From Planctomycetota bacterium (GTDB lineage Bacteria; Planctomycetota; Brocadiia; SM23-32), in NCBI GenBank assembly GCA_030628375.1, contig DAOVRD010000003.1, forward strand, positions 1-36,727: a DNA stretch of 36,727 nucleotides. The letters are read 5' to 3'. Positions 26,542 through 35,590 of the stretch are shown here, one piece after another. Position 1 is the first letter of the stretch, and each line of letters opens with the position of its first letter. The position numbers and the translations under genes are program-made. The notes beneath the pieces are model-generated. The model worked only from the letters and a program-made list of their open reading frames with translations. It had not been told where the DNA came from and ran no database searches.

Positions 26542-28674
26542 ATGTTGAAGAAGACGATCGGGCTTCTGGCAGTCCTGGTACTGGTGCTGGGCCACCCGAC
26601 CCTTGCGGCGGTCGGAAAGACGTGGAAGACCAGCGGCAGCCAGCAGTTCGCAGCCGGCAAGCTTGAAGGTGTCGCAGTCTTCTCGACCGGCGAGGTCGAA
26701 CTCGCTCCCGATACCGAGGAGATAGAGGGCCTGGAAGCCGAGATCGTCTGGGACATGGAGGCGGCGGCCGATGGCACGGTCTACGTCGCTACCGGGTCGC
26801 CCGCCGCTGTCTACACCATCAAGGGCGACAAGGCGGAACTGCTCCATAAGAGCGAGGACAAGCACGTGCTGAGCGTCCTGCCCCTTCCCGACGGGTCGGT
26901 CCTGGCCGGCACGGCCCCGAAGGGCATAGTCTACCGCATAGACCGCCGGGGGGATGTGAGCGTGCTGGCCGACCTGGAAGGATCCTACATATGGGACATG
27001 GCCCTGAGCCCCTTCAACGAGATCTACTGCGCCACCGGGCCCGAGGGGAAGCTGATCCAACTGAATCGCGCGGGCAAAGCCACCGAGCGTCTAAAGGCCA
27101 AGCAGAAGAACCTGATGTGCGTGGCGGTAGACAAGGATGGGACGGCTTACGTCGGCACCTCCGGGGACGGCTACATCTATCGGCTTGAACGGGGCGACCA
27201 GGCTACCGTGCTCTACGACGCGAGCGAGAGCGAGATCCACGACCTGGTCGTTGACGCCCAGGGCGTGGTTTACGCGTGCACGGCCCAGAGCGAGCGGTCG
27301 CGTCAGGCCCCGAGCGGGCCGTCCCGACCACCAGGCAGCCCGTCGGCCCCGGGTCCCGCTCTGCCCTTGCCAACACTCGTGCAGGGCGCCCCCGCCGCAC
27401 ACAACAGCATCTACCGCGTCGTGCCCGGCGAGGGAGGCACGCTCCTGGCCCGATTTGACAAGATGTTCGTGCTGAGCCTTGCACTGGTAGAGGACAAGCT
27501 CTTTGTCGGCACAGGTACCAACGGCCGGCTGATGACCGTCAGGCCCGACACCGTCTACACAATCCTTGCCGAGTTCGACGCGGCCCACATCACCGCCATG
27601 GCGGTGGACAGCGAGGGCGACATCGTCATCGGGACGTCCAACGCCGGCAGCGTCAGACGCCTCAAGAAGGGCTACCGCTCGGAGGGCGCCTTCATCAGCA
27701 AACCCTTCGACGGGGGCTACCTTTCCCGCTGGGGCAGAGTCTGGTGGCGGGACAAGGTCGAAACCGGGCAAAGGACGCGCATCAAACTGCGCACGGGCAA
27801 CTCCGGGGAGCCGGATGAGCACTGGAGCCCCTGGTCACGTTGGGCGACGGACTCCGCCGGGGAAATCCTGGACGTGCCGATGGGCAGGTTCGGACAGTTC
27901 AGCGCCGAACTCAGCACGCGGCCCAGGACGGGAAGCCCGCTGCTGCACGAAGTCATGGTCAGCTACCGGCAAGTCAATCGGCGGCCCCGAATCGACGACC
28001 TGAAGGTGGATGGCCAGTCGTTGCTCAACAAGCCGGAGCGCCGCGGGCCGTCGGGCGCCGCCCGGTCGCAGGCGTCGGCCTCATCCGCCGCCAGGCGTCC
28101 CCGCGGCGAGCCCGCTCTGAGGACCCTCACGTGGAAGGCCACCGACCCCAACGGAGACGAGATCTTCTTCGAACTCTTCTACAGGGGAGTCGAGGAGAGC
28201 GAGTGGAAACAGGTGAGCAAAGACCTGCGTGGGGAAACATCCTACAAGTGGGACACATCCCGCGTGGCCGACGGGTACTACGTGCTGAAGCTGGTTGCGC
28301 GTGACGATGCAGTGCGGCCGGAAGCGGAGGCCCTGGCCGACGAGCGCGTCAGCAACCCGCTGCTGATAGACAACCGCCGACCCGCCGTGGAGAAGCTGAC
28401 GGCCCGCCTCGGGCCGGACGACACCTACCGGATAAGCGGCGTGGCCCGGGACCAGCACGGCGCCATCACGAGAATCGAAGTCAGCCACAACTCCGGCGAT
28501 TGGATGCCCGTCTTCCCGTCCGATGGAATCCTCGATTCGCGCGAGGAGGCGTTCTCCCACACGACCGAGACCCTGGAGCCGGGCGAACACGTGTTCGTCT
28601 TCGCTGCCACCGACAGCAACGAGAACACCGGCAGCGGCAAGGTGGTCCTAAAAGTAAGAGCGACACGCGAGTAA
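26542..28674 (+). CDS. Secreted beta-propeller protein with C-terminal Ig/FN3-like domains
   Basis: Signal peptide, repeated DGxVYVATG-type blades, RTGN..PDEHWSPWS and W.A.DPNGD motifs. Confidence 0.78.
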   Translation: MLKKTIGLLAVLVLVLGHPTLAAVGKTWKTSGSQQFAAGKLEGVAVFSTGEVELAPDTEEIEGLEAEIVWDMEAAADGTVYVATGSPAAVYTIKGDKAELLHKSEDKHVLSVLPLPDGSVLAGTAPKGIVYRIDRRGDVSVLADLEGSYIWDMALSPFNEIYCATGPEGKLIQLNRAGKATERLKAKQKNLMCVAVDKDGTAYVGTSGDGYIYRLERGDQATVLYDASESEIHDLVVDAQGVVYACTAQSERSRQAPSGPSRPPGSPSAPGPALPLPTLVQGAPAAHNSIYRVVPGEGGTLLARFDKMFVLSLALVEDKLFVGTGTNGRLMTVRPDTVYTILAEFDAAHITAMAVDSEGDIVIGTSNAGSVRRLKKGYRSEGAFISKPFDGGYLSRWGRVWWRDKVETGQRTRIKLRTGNSGEPDEHWSPWSRWATDSAGEILDVPMGRFGQFSAELSTRPRTGSPLLHEVMVSYRQVNRRPRIDDLKVDGQSLLNKPERRGPSGAARSQASASSAARRPRGEPALRTLTWKATDPNGDEIFFELFYRGVEESEWKQVSKDLRGETSYKWDTSRVADGYYVLKLVARDDAVRPEAEALADERVSNPLLIDNRRPAVEKLTARLGPDDTYRISGVARDQHGAITRIEVSHNSGDWMPVFPSDGILDSREEAFSHTTETLEPGEHVFVFAATDSNENTGSGKVVLKVRATRE

Positions 28675-28678
28675 TCTC

Positions 28679-31594
28679 GTGGATGGCCCCGGCCTGTCAC
28701 AGAAGCTCCACCAACAAATCCTGTCGCGGCCAGTGGCGGAAAGAGCGGCCCCCTGGCGCGAGGCTGCCGCCATGCTCGTGCTGGCCGTGGTCTGCTGCGC
28801 GTTCTTCTGGGAAGCGGTGAGCCTGCGCGGCGTCTTCTTCCACTACGACCACGCCATCCAGAACTTCCCCTACCGGCTGTTCTTCGCCCGGGGGCTGCGG
28901 GCGGGACACCTGCCCCTGTGGACACCCGACATATTCTGCGGCTTCCCCCTCTTCGCCGAAAGCCAGGGCAACGCGCTCTACCCGCCCTTCCTGCTCCTGT
29001 TCAGATTTCTGGAGCCCTGGATAGCGTACAACTACTACCACGTCCTGCACTTCCTGCTGGCCGGTCTGTTCACGTACACGCTGGCTCGCGTCATGCACGT
29101 GGGCCGGGCGGGCTCGCTTCTGGCCGGCATCTGCTACATGCTGAGCGGGCCGGTGCTCTTCCACGCCCACCACACCAACATTGTGGTCGGCGCATGCTGG
29201 CTGCCGATCTTGCTGGCGTTGATGGAACTGGCCTGCCGGAGGCACTCAGTCCTGCCGCTGCTGGGCTTCGCTGCTGCAACCGCCGCCCTGCTGCTGGGAG
29301 CCCAGCCACAATACACGCTCTACTGCGGACTGGTTTGCGGGCTGTACCTTGTGTGGCGGCTGCGGCTCATTCAGTTGACCGGCGGCAGGCGGCGCCGGGT
29401 GGTCGCCCTGGTCGCGGCGTTCGGCCTGGCGGCGGCGTTGGCGGGAGTGCTGGCATCGGTTCAAGTGCTGCCGCTTATGGAACTCGTTGGCCACAGCAGT
29501 CGCGCCGCCGAGGCGGTTGCGCTGCCACGCATCAGCCAAGGCGTCCCGGCGAACTTGATGACCCTTTTCCTGCCCCACTACTTCGGCTCCCCGGGCCTGG
29601 GCAGTTACTGGGGCCATTTTGACGAAGGGCCTTACGCGGAACTCACTCTTTTCCTGGGCGTGGTGCCGCTGCTGCTGGCCCTGGTCGGCGCATTGAGCGA
29701 GCGCAGCCGCAAGACCCTGTTCTTTGCCGCACTCGGGACCTTCGCCTTCATCTTCTCCCTGGGTCTGAGCGGCTCGCTTTACAACGCCTTCTGGCCGCTG
29801 CCGGTGTTCCAGTCGGCGCGTTTCCCGAGCCGGTTTGCGTTCGTCACGGGGCTGTGCGTGGCAATCCTGGCGGGCACGGGATTGGACCAACTTCTGCGGG
29901 CCTCCAACAGGGCTCGGGTCAGGAGGGCGGCGTTCGCCTCGGCAGCCGTTGTCCTACTCCTGTCCACGCTGTGCCTGGCGGCGACCGCCGCCTATCATGC
30001 GGACCTGATGTCCCTCGGCCGCGAGCGCCTGGCCTTGGTTCTGCCGCTGAAGCCTTTCCCACTGGAGGTCATGTGGCGACACCTTCACGACACCTTGCCC
30101 GCCGACATCTGGCGCCTGGTGGCAGTGGCGGGGGCCGGCAGCTTGCTGCTGCTCATGTCCCCCCGGCACATTCTGCCGGGCCGCGTCGCCGCCGCCATCT
30201 GGTGCGTGTTGGTCTTCGGCGAGCTGGCACTTGCGGGACGCGAGTTCGCTGCCGTCACCGACCCCTCCGTCTACGGCGAGGCGCCCGAACTGGTGCAAGT
30301 CCTGCGCGAACTGCCCCCCGGCAGGATATTCCGCTACCGCTACTACGATTCCCGACTGCCGTCTTCCACCGGCGACTTCCCCCATACGCGGGGATGGGCC
30401 CTGCGACCCGGTGACTATGCGCGCTCCCTGGACAGACTGCCACACAACGCCAACATGATATGGGGAATCCCATCCGTCAACGGCTTTTCGCCTTTGCAGA
30501 CAAGAGCCTTGAAGTCTCTGCTGGGACAGCCCGAGGTGAGAGCGACGCTCGTTGAGTACAAGATCACCCCTGCCCTGAATCTGCTGGGCGCCCGCTACAT
30601 ACTGAGCCCTCACGACGAGATCCCCGGCGAGTTCGAGCACATCAAGAAAGTGGGCGCTGTCAACATCTTCCGCAACCCGGACGCCCTCCCCCGCGCCTTC
30701 ATCGTGCACCGGGCTACGTCCGCCGCCGACTCCCCCGCGACACTGCGGGGCCTCAGGGACGGAGAGTTCGACTACGGGCGCGAGGTACTGGTGCACGATT
30801 CGTCGGCGCGGCTTCTGTCGGGCGAGCCGGGCGAGTCCGACCCCTCAGAATCGGCCGAGATAAGAAAGGACACCGGCGACGGAATCGTCGTCCGGGCGCG
30901 TCTCGAACGGCCCGGCTATCTGGTGCTCGCGGACCAGCACTACCCCGGCTGGCGTGTGACAGTGGACGGCGAGGCGCGGGAGCTGCTGCGAGTGGACTAC
31001 CTCCTCAAAGGAGTCGAGCTGGACGCAGGCGAGCACACTGTCGAGTTCGCTTTCCGTCCAACCAGTTTCCGGGTGGGGGCTGTGCTCAGCGCCTGCGGTC
31101 TGGCATTGCTGGTGGGCGCGACGTTCCTCTGTCTCCTGACCAAGCGCAGCGTGCCCTGGCGTGCAGGTGGGGAGCAGGAAGGCCTGCTAGGGGCCTCCTA
31201 TACCCGCAGAATGGCCTGCTTCGCGGTGTTGGCGGGCGCGATCTTTCTGGCTTTGGGACCGGTTATCCGGCCCGGCGTCTGGGCGGAGGCCCGCTTCCGA
31301 CTCGACCCCCGCCAATACGTCGCCATCAACGCCCTCTGCACTGCCTCGTACGCGCACTTCGACGAACAGTATCAGGAAAGCTACGTCACGATACGAGAAG
31401 CCTGCCGATGGTGGCCGGAGAACCCGCGCCTCCGCCAGTTCTTGGTCGGCCAGGGATGCTCGGCCGTCGTGGAACTGCTGAACCAAGGAGACGTGGAAGG
31501 CGCGCGCACCATGGCTGCCGAGATCAACGCCCTCGCGCCCGAGGAAACGCAGGCCATGGCCCCCGCGCTGGCCGCAATGGCCAGGAGCCAGTAG
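28679..31594 (+). CDS. YfhO family polytopic membrane protein (GT-C glycosyltransferase-like)
   Basis: PLWTPDIFCGFPLFA...LYP, many TM helices, RFPSRF, LPRAF and LVLADQHYPGWRVTVDG. Confidence 0.85.
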   Translation: MDGPGLSQKLHQQILSRPVAERAAPWREAAAMLVLAVVCCAFFWEAVSLRGVFFHYDHAIQNFPYRLFFARGLRAGHLPLWTPDIFCGFPLFAESQGNALYPPFLLLFRFLEPWIAYNYYHVLHFLLAGLFTYTLARVMHVGRAGSLLAGICYMLSGPVLFHAHHTNIVVGACWLPILLALMELACRRHSVLPLLGFAAATAALLLGAQPQYTLYCGLVCGLYLVWRLRLIQLTGGRRRRVVALVAAFGLAAALAGVLASVQVLPLMELVGHSSRAAEAVALPRISQGVPANLMTLFLPHYFGSPGLGSYWGHFDEGPYAELTLFLGVVPLLLALVGALSERSRKTLFFAALGTFAFIFSLGLSGSLYNAFWPLPVFQSARFPSRFAFVTGLCVAILAGTGLDQLLRASNRARVRRAAFASAAVVLLLSTLCLAATAAYHADLMSLGRERLALVLPLKPFPLEVMWRHLHDTLPADIWRLVAVAGAGSLLLLMSPRHILPGRVAAAIWCVLVFGELALAGREFAAVTDPSVYGEAPELVQVLRELPPGRIFRYRYYDSRLPSSTGDFPHTRGWALRPGDYARSLDRLPHNANMIWGIPSVNGFSPLQTRALKSLLGQPEVRATLVEYKITPALNLLGARYILSPHDEIPGEFEHIKKVGAVNIFRNPDALPRAFIVHRATSAADSPATLRGLRDGEFDYGREVLVHDSSARLLSGEPGESDPSESAEIRKDTGDGIVVRARLERPGYLVLADQHYPGWRVTVDGEARELLRVDYLLKGVELDAGEHTVEFAFRPTSFRVGAVLSACGLALLVGATFLCLLTKRSVPWRAGGEQEGLLGASYTRRMACFAVLAGAIFLALGPVIRPGVWAEARFRLDPRQYVAINALCTASYAHFDEQYQESYVTIREACRWWPENPRLRQFLVGQGCSAVVELLNQGDVEGARTMAAEINALAPEETQAMAPALAAMARSQ

Positions 31595-31602
31595 GGGCGA
31601 CA

Positions 31603-33540
31603 ATGAACCGCCACGATCAACGCTCCACACAATCCGGTGGCTCGCCCCCCGGCCACGCCCCACGAAGCGAGAGCAGTGCAGCCACGGGGCCGCGCCCACG
31701 TTGGACGTTCCTGTGTGAGCCCTACGTGGTTGTCCCGCTCGTCAACACGCTGGCCTCGCTGATTTACGTGTGGGGCGACATTGGCAGGATAAGCGCCGCG
31801 GGCGCGTTGTCCCTGCTGGTTTCGTGCCTTGCAGGCATCGGCCTCTTCTACCTGATCCTCGGGATGGTGCCGCCGCGGCGCGTGTTTGCCCTCCCGATCG
31901 CTGCGCTGCTCGCCGTAATGCTTGCCGCCATGCACGTTGCGCAGTTCATTTACTACCAGGTGTTCAAATCCCTGATCCCCGTCAGCGTCGTGGACTACAC
32001 GCGTCAACTTCCCCGGCACGGCGTCGCCACGGCGCACGAGTATTTGACCTTCTGGCACGGGGCAGCGCTCGCCGCTGCGGTGGTCGGACTCACCTGGTAC
32101 TTCCAGCGGACCATCAGGCGCATCGGGGGCACGCTGACCTGGCGCCGGGCCGTCATCGCGCTGCTTCCCTGGGCGATACTGCCGCTGGCAGGCCAGCGCC
32201 CGCACCTGAGTCTGGATCAGTATGCTCTAAGCACCCTGTCGCTGTCCTTGCGCGGACTGGGCAGAACGAACGTCCCATTCGTCCCGGATCGCATTGACCT
32301 GCCCCCACTCCACGTGGAGCATCCCATCAACGTTGTGTTCTTCGAACTTGAGTCGGTCGCGCCGGACGCGCTTCAGATCTACAACCCGGAACTGCCGACG
32401 GCCCCCCGCTGGACGGACTTCATCCGCCAGCACCCGGATGAGGTCTTCGTGGCCCTGAAGCATTTTTCGAACTCCTCGGCGAGCGACATCGCGATGGTCC
32501 TGATATACACCGGCACCGCCGCCGATGACCCCTTCGCTCTGCACAAGACGGCACCCCTCCTATGGGACTACGCCAAGAGCGCCGGCTACGACACTTCCCT
32601 CTTCATGGCGGCAGCCCTGAGTTGGGGGGATTTCGACACCAGGTACCAACACCACCACGGGCACACGAACCTGGACCACATCGCACATGCCTTCAACGCA
32701 GGCAAGCCCCTCGTGCACGACCTGAGCATGAACGACGCGGACGTCATGGGGCTCCTGGTCGAATACCTCGAGGGACGGAACTGGCAACAACCGTTCCTCA
32801 CTTGCGTCAGCCTCAAGATGCCCCACTTCCTCGGACAGGGCGCGAAGCTGAACGGATTCAGATTCCTCAACGACAGGCTGCCCAACGACCGGCTCATCAA
32901 CTACTACAATGCCATATATCACGACGATCAGTTGATGGTGGATTTCATCGAACAGATGCCGGCGGAGGTGCGGCGTAACACCGTGGTCGCCGTGCTCTGC
33001 GACCATGGAGAGGACCTGTACGGACGCGGCGTGCGGCTGGAGAACTACCATGAGGAGATCGCTCGGATTCCGTGCTGGTTCTACATCCCCAAGAACGTGC
33101 AAGAACGCCTGCGGCCGGACGCCATCGAGAACCTGCGCCACAACTGCCGCAACGTGGCGACCAGCAACCTGGATGCGCTTCCGACACTGTTGGACCTGAT
33201 GGGCCTGGCGGAGAAGGAACCGGTGGCGGACATCCTCGCCGGCCTCCAGGGCCAGACGCTGCTCAGAAAGAAGGACCCTCCCGAGTGCATCGTCATGCTC
33301 AACACCAACGACCTGCGCTCCTGGGACCGGGAGGGCTTCGCCCTGACGATGGACAACGGCACCGTGCGCTACATCTACAACATGGGGCAAGAGGGCCTGT
33401 ACGACCTGGAACGCGATCCCCGGGAAGAGCACGACCTCATGGCCGATCCCGCGTACGCCACGTACGTGGAGCGCGTCCGGCAGAAGGTGAAGTCGAACCC
33501 CTACCTGCTGCGGATCGCCGTCAAGTACGGCACGATGTAG
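31603..33540 (+). CDS. Membrane-anchored sulfatase-like (LTA synthase / phosphoform transferase) protein
   Basis: N-terminal TM helices, then NVVFFELES, KMPH, YYNAI..DD, CDHGE and LYDL..DP.E motifs of the alkaline phosphatase superfamily. Confidence 0.8.
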   Translation: MNRHDQRSTQSGGSPPGHAPRSESSAATGPRPRWTFLCEPYVVVPLVNTLASLIYVWGDIGRISAAGALSLLVSCLAGIGLFYLILGMVPPRRVFALPIAALLAVMLAAMHVAQFIYYQVFKSLIPVSVVDYTRQLPRHGVATAHEYLTFWHGAALAAAVVGLTWYFQRTIRRIGGTLTWRRAVIALLPWAILPLAGQRPHLSLDQYALSTLSLSLRGLGRTNVPFVPDRIDLPPLHVEHPINVVFFELESVAPDALQIYNPELPTAPRWTDFIRQHPDEVFVALKHFSNSSASDIAMVLIYTGTAADDPFALHKTAPLLWDYAKSAGYDTSLFMAAALSWGDFDTRYQHHHGHTNLDHIAHAFNAGKPLVHDLSMNDADVMGLLVEYLEGRNWQQPFLTCVSLKMPHFLGQGAKLNGFRFLNDRLPNDRLINYYNAIYHDDQLMVDFIEQMPAEVRRNTVVAVLCDHGEDLYGRGVRLENYHEEIARIPCWFYIPKNVQERLRPDAIENLRHNCRNVATSNLDALPTLLDLMGLAEKEPVADILAGLQGQTLLRKKDPPECIVMLNTNDLRSWDREGFALTMDNGTVRYIYNMGQEGLYDLERDPREEHDLMADPAYATYVERVRQKVKSNPYLLRIAVKYGTM

Positions 33541-33568
33541 GGCAGGGGGCTGCTGCGGTTGCGGCGGT

Positions 33569-33597
33569 TTGAATGTGCGGGGGCAGTGTGATATAGT
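33569..33597 (+). promoter_or_regulatory. Sigma70 promoter of the tRNA pair
   Basis: TTGAAT-N17-TATAGT with an extended -10 TG, 11 nt before tRNA-Gln. Confidence 0.7.
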
Positions 33598-33608
33598 GGC
33601 AAAGCGCT

Positions 33609-33682
33609 TGAGGATTGGTGTAACGGTAACACACCTGACTCTGGATCAGGCATTCCAGGTTCGAATCCTGGATCCTCAGCCA
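33609..33682 (+). tRNA. tRNA-Gln(CTG)
   Basis: Acceptor stem TGAGGAT/ATCCTCA, anticodon arm CCTGA-CTCTGGA-TCAGG, GGTTCGAATCC T-arm and encoded CCA. Confidence 0.97.
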
Positions 33683-33696
33683 CATTTGTGACCCGT

Positions 33697-33774
33697 GGCC
33701 CCATCGTCTAGCCCGGTCCAGGACCTCGGACTCTCATTCCGGAAACAGGGGTTCGAATCCCCTTGGGGCTACCA
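33697..33774 (+). tRNA. tRNA-Glu(CTC)
   Basis: Acceptor stem GGCCCCA/TGGGGCT, anticodon arm TCGGA-CTCTCAT-TCCGG, AGGGG-TTCGAAT-CCCCT T-arm and encoded CCA. Confidence 0.96.
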
Positions 33775-33926
33775 GCCTTCGCCCCTCGGTCCGCCGTACG
33801 GCGGACCCGGGGCTTCGGCCGGCAGGCCAGCTATGCCTGCACGATGAGTGCTCAACCTTGTAAGAACACAAGGGCGAAGGCTGGGCGCCGAAGCTGGCGC
33901 GCCAGCTTGGCTCGATGCGAAGGCGG
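33772..33926. repeat. Nested palindromic element between tRNA-Glu and the GIY-YIG gene
   Basis: 13-bp inverted repeat 33772-33784/33872-33884. Perfect palindromes at 33788-33807 (20 bp) and 33891-33908 (18 bp). GCCTTCGC..GCTTCGGC is mirrored by GCCGAAGC..GCGAAGGC. Confidence 0.85.
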
Positions 33927-33928
33927 CC

Positions 33929-34171
33929 ATGCGTTACGTCTACCTATTGCGTAGTCGTTCCCATCCTAAGCAGACCTATGTTGGTTCCACAGCCGACCTG
34001 GATGGGCGCCTTCAAGCCCACAACGAAGGCAAGTCGCCGCACACCGCGAAGCACTGCCCGTGGCGACTCGTCGTCGCTGTGGCATTCAGCAACGAGGAAA
34101 AAGCCCTGCGATTCGAGCATTACCTGAAGAGCGGATCTGGCCGAGCCTTCGCCTTGCGGCACTTCTGGTAA
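33929..34171 (+). CDS. Small stand-alone GIY-YIG endonuclease
   Basis: 80 aa: YVYLL...YVG.T.DL..RL..HN.G...T....PW...A...E..LK. Confidence 0.92.
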   Translation: MRYVYLLRSRSHPKQTYVGSTADLDGRLQAHNEGKSPHTAKHCPWRLVVAVAFSNEEKALRFEHYLKSGSGRAFALRHFW

Positions 34172-34194
34172 TCCTGCCTGCGGTCACATTTGCG

Positions 34195-34223
34195 TTGTCA
34201 ATTCAAGAAGATTGTGCTATACT
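34195..34223 (+). promoter_or_regulatory. Near-consensus sigma70 promoter inside the islet
   Basis: TTGTCA-N17-TATACT with an extended -10 TG. Confidence 0.6.
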
Positions 34224-34405
34224 CCTGTATGTTCGGCTCTGTGTGTATCCGCTTCGCATTGGAAGCGCCAACCTGCGGGGGAACGATGCGGATACCTCTT
34301 GCCGACCGCGGGAACACCACAGGAACCGGCGCCATGCGCTCATGCGGTATCCGGCGTTCCTTGTGCAGAACAGGGCAGGCGAACTATGTGAAAGGGGCGG
34401 GGACC

Positions 34406-35278
34406 ATGCCTAAGCGTAAGTTACGGTGCATTGGTGCCACTCTAGTTGACATAACCATCTTTCATCCCGCAGGCCGCCTGGTCCTGCTAGCCGCAGCCCT
34501 CTTGGTCTGCGTGGGCGTCATCCTCGGTATCTTGCTTGTTCGCTCTACCTACATGCAGCGAGAGCATGATCAACAGCCTTCTCCGGCTGCCGCCGAGCCG
34601 CTGGCGGCCTTTCCCCCTGCGTGGGCTACCGGAACAGACTATGGAGACCAATTGGGACACACAATTGACCGAGCCGGGCTTCACATTACAAGAAGCTATC
34701 CGATGGATCCAAACGGAGCGTGTAGTTTCTCAGCTAACAACCGGGTTTTGTTCCGCGTGCCTGACCCGGCTACATCTGCTCAGGTTTCAGCGTTCTTCAT
34801 TTCCGGGCTGGGCGAAGGCGAGACGGTCGCTGATGTTATTGAGATATGGTTTGCCACATGCGCCATCTTGGCCAGTTATATAGAACCATCGCACCAAGCC
34901 GAGTTTATGGGCTGGTTGCAAGAGGGATTCGAGAGCTTTGAGTTAACAAAGGTCACAGGCCTGCGATCTCAGGAGCGCTGGTTTGGCTCTCGGGCCCTGC
35001 GTGTTGAACATCGCTATTCAGAATTCTTGGGCTATACGATTTCTGTTGAGCTTAACGACAGGTTTCCCCCTCTCCATGACCTCAACGGGGGTGAGACTGC
35101 CAAGAGCTGGGCGGACATGCGGCTGGGCTTGACATTGGAAGAGGTTGAGGCCTTTGCGGGGCCAGGCCGCCTTCAATCAAGTATGGGCGAGAGCCGCCAG
35201 TACCATTTTGGAGAAGGTTACGCACTCGGATGGGTGACATTCATTAATGGCCGCGCTGAGACGTGGATGGCTCCCTAA
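34406..35278 (+). CDS. Hypothetical single-TM protein with a C-terminal SmpA/OmlA(BLIP)-like domain
   Basis: TM segment LVLLAAALLVCVGVILGILLV and C-terminal MRLGLTLEEVEAFAGPG. AT-richer codon usage; start uncertain. Confidence 0.6.
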   Translation: MPKRKLRCIGATLVDITIFHPAGRLVLLAAALLVCVGVILGILLVRSTYMQREHDQQPSPAAAEPLAAFPPAWATGTDYGDQLGHTIDRAGLHITRSYPMDPNGACSFSANNRVLFRVPDPATSAQVSAFFISGLGEGETVADVIEIWFATCAILASYIEPSHQAEFMGWLQEGFESFELTKVTGLRSQERWFGSRALRVEHRYSEFLGYTISVELNDRFPPLHDLNGGETAKSWADMRLGLTLEEVEAFAGPGRLQSSMGESRQYHFGEGYALGWVTFINGRAETWMAP

Positions 35279-35434
35279 GCCTCTTTTGACAACATTACTG
35301 CCAACGAAACCCGGCCCGGCGTGACAACCCTTGCAAAACATGCAAAACCCCGCTTGCGGCACAAGTCTTGGCTGCTGCGAGCCTTATATCACAAATACGC
35401 CCAGGCACCACACTTCCGGCGAATGCCCCGCCCA

Positions 35435-35480
35435 GACTCTCATTCCAAAAACACCGGTTCAAATCCGGTTGGGGCTACCA
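35435..35480 (+). pseudogene. 3' half of a tRNA-Glu (anticodon loop to CCA), attR-like
   Basis: GACTCTCATTCCAAAAACACCGGTTCAAATCCGGTTGGGGCTACCA; no D-arm or 5' acceptor strand upstream. Confidence 0.88.
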
Positions 35481-35483
35481 CAC

Positions 35484-35526
35484 AGGGCGCAAGGCCTTGC
35501 ACTGGAACGCTTTGCGCCCTTCTTCT
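35484..35526 (+). terminator. Terminator-like hairpin after the tRNA fragment
   Basis: AGGGCGCAA (35484-35492) pairs with TTGCGCCCT (35512-35520), followed by a pyrimidine run. Confidence 0.5.
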
Positions 35527-35590
35527 CATCCTGCGGGGCCGGTGCCGACCAGTGCGGACGCAGCCGGGCCGGGTGGCACCTCTCAGTCTC

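Larger units (their letters stand above)
33729..35480. mobile_element. Genomic islet at tRNA-Glu with no integrase, bounded by 46-nt attL/attR-like repeats
   Basis: 33729-33774 vs 35435-35480 are 39/46 identical. The interior is visibly more AT-rich than the flanks. Confidence 0.78.

Noticed and set aside
31591-31602. GTAGGGGCG as another REP copy
   Set aside because: No complementary arm follows; it is the YfhO stop codon plus the next gene's RBS region.
35401-35480. Complete third tRNA gene
   Set aside because: There is no 5' acceptor strand or D-arm; similarity begins only at the anticodon stem-loop.
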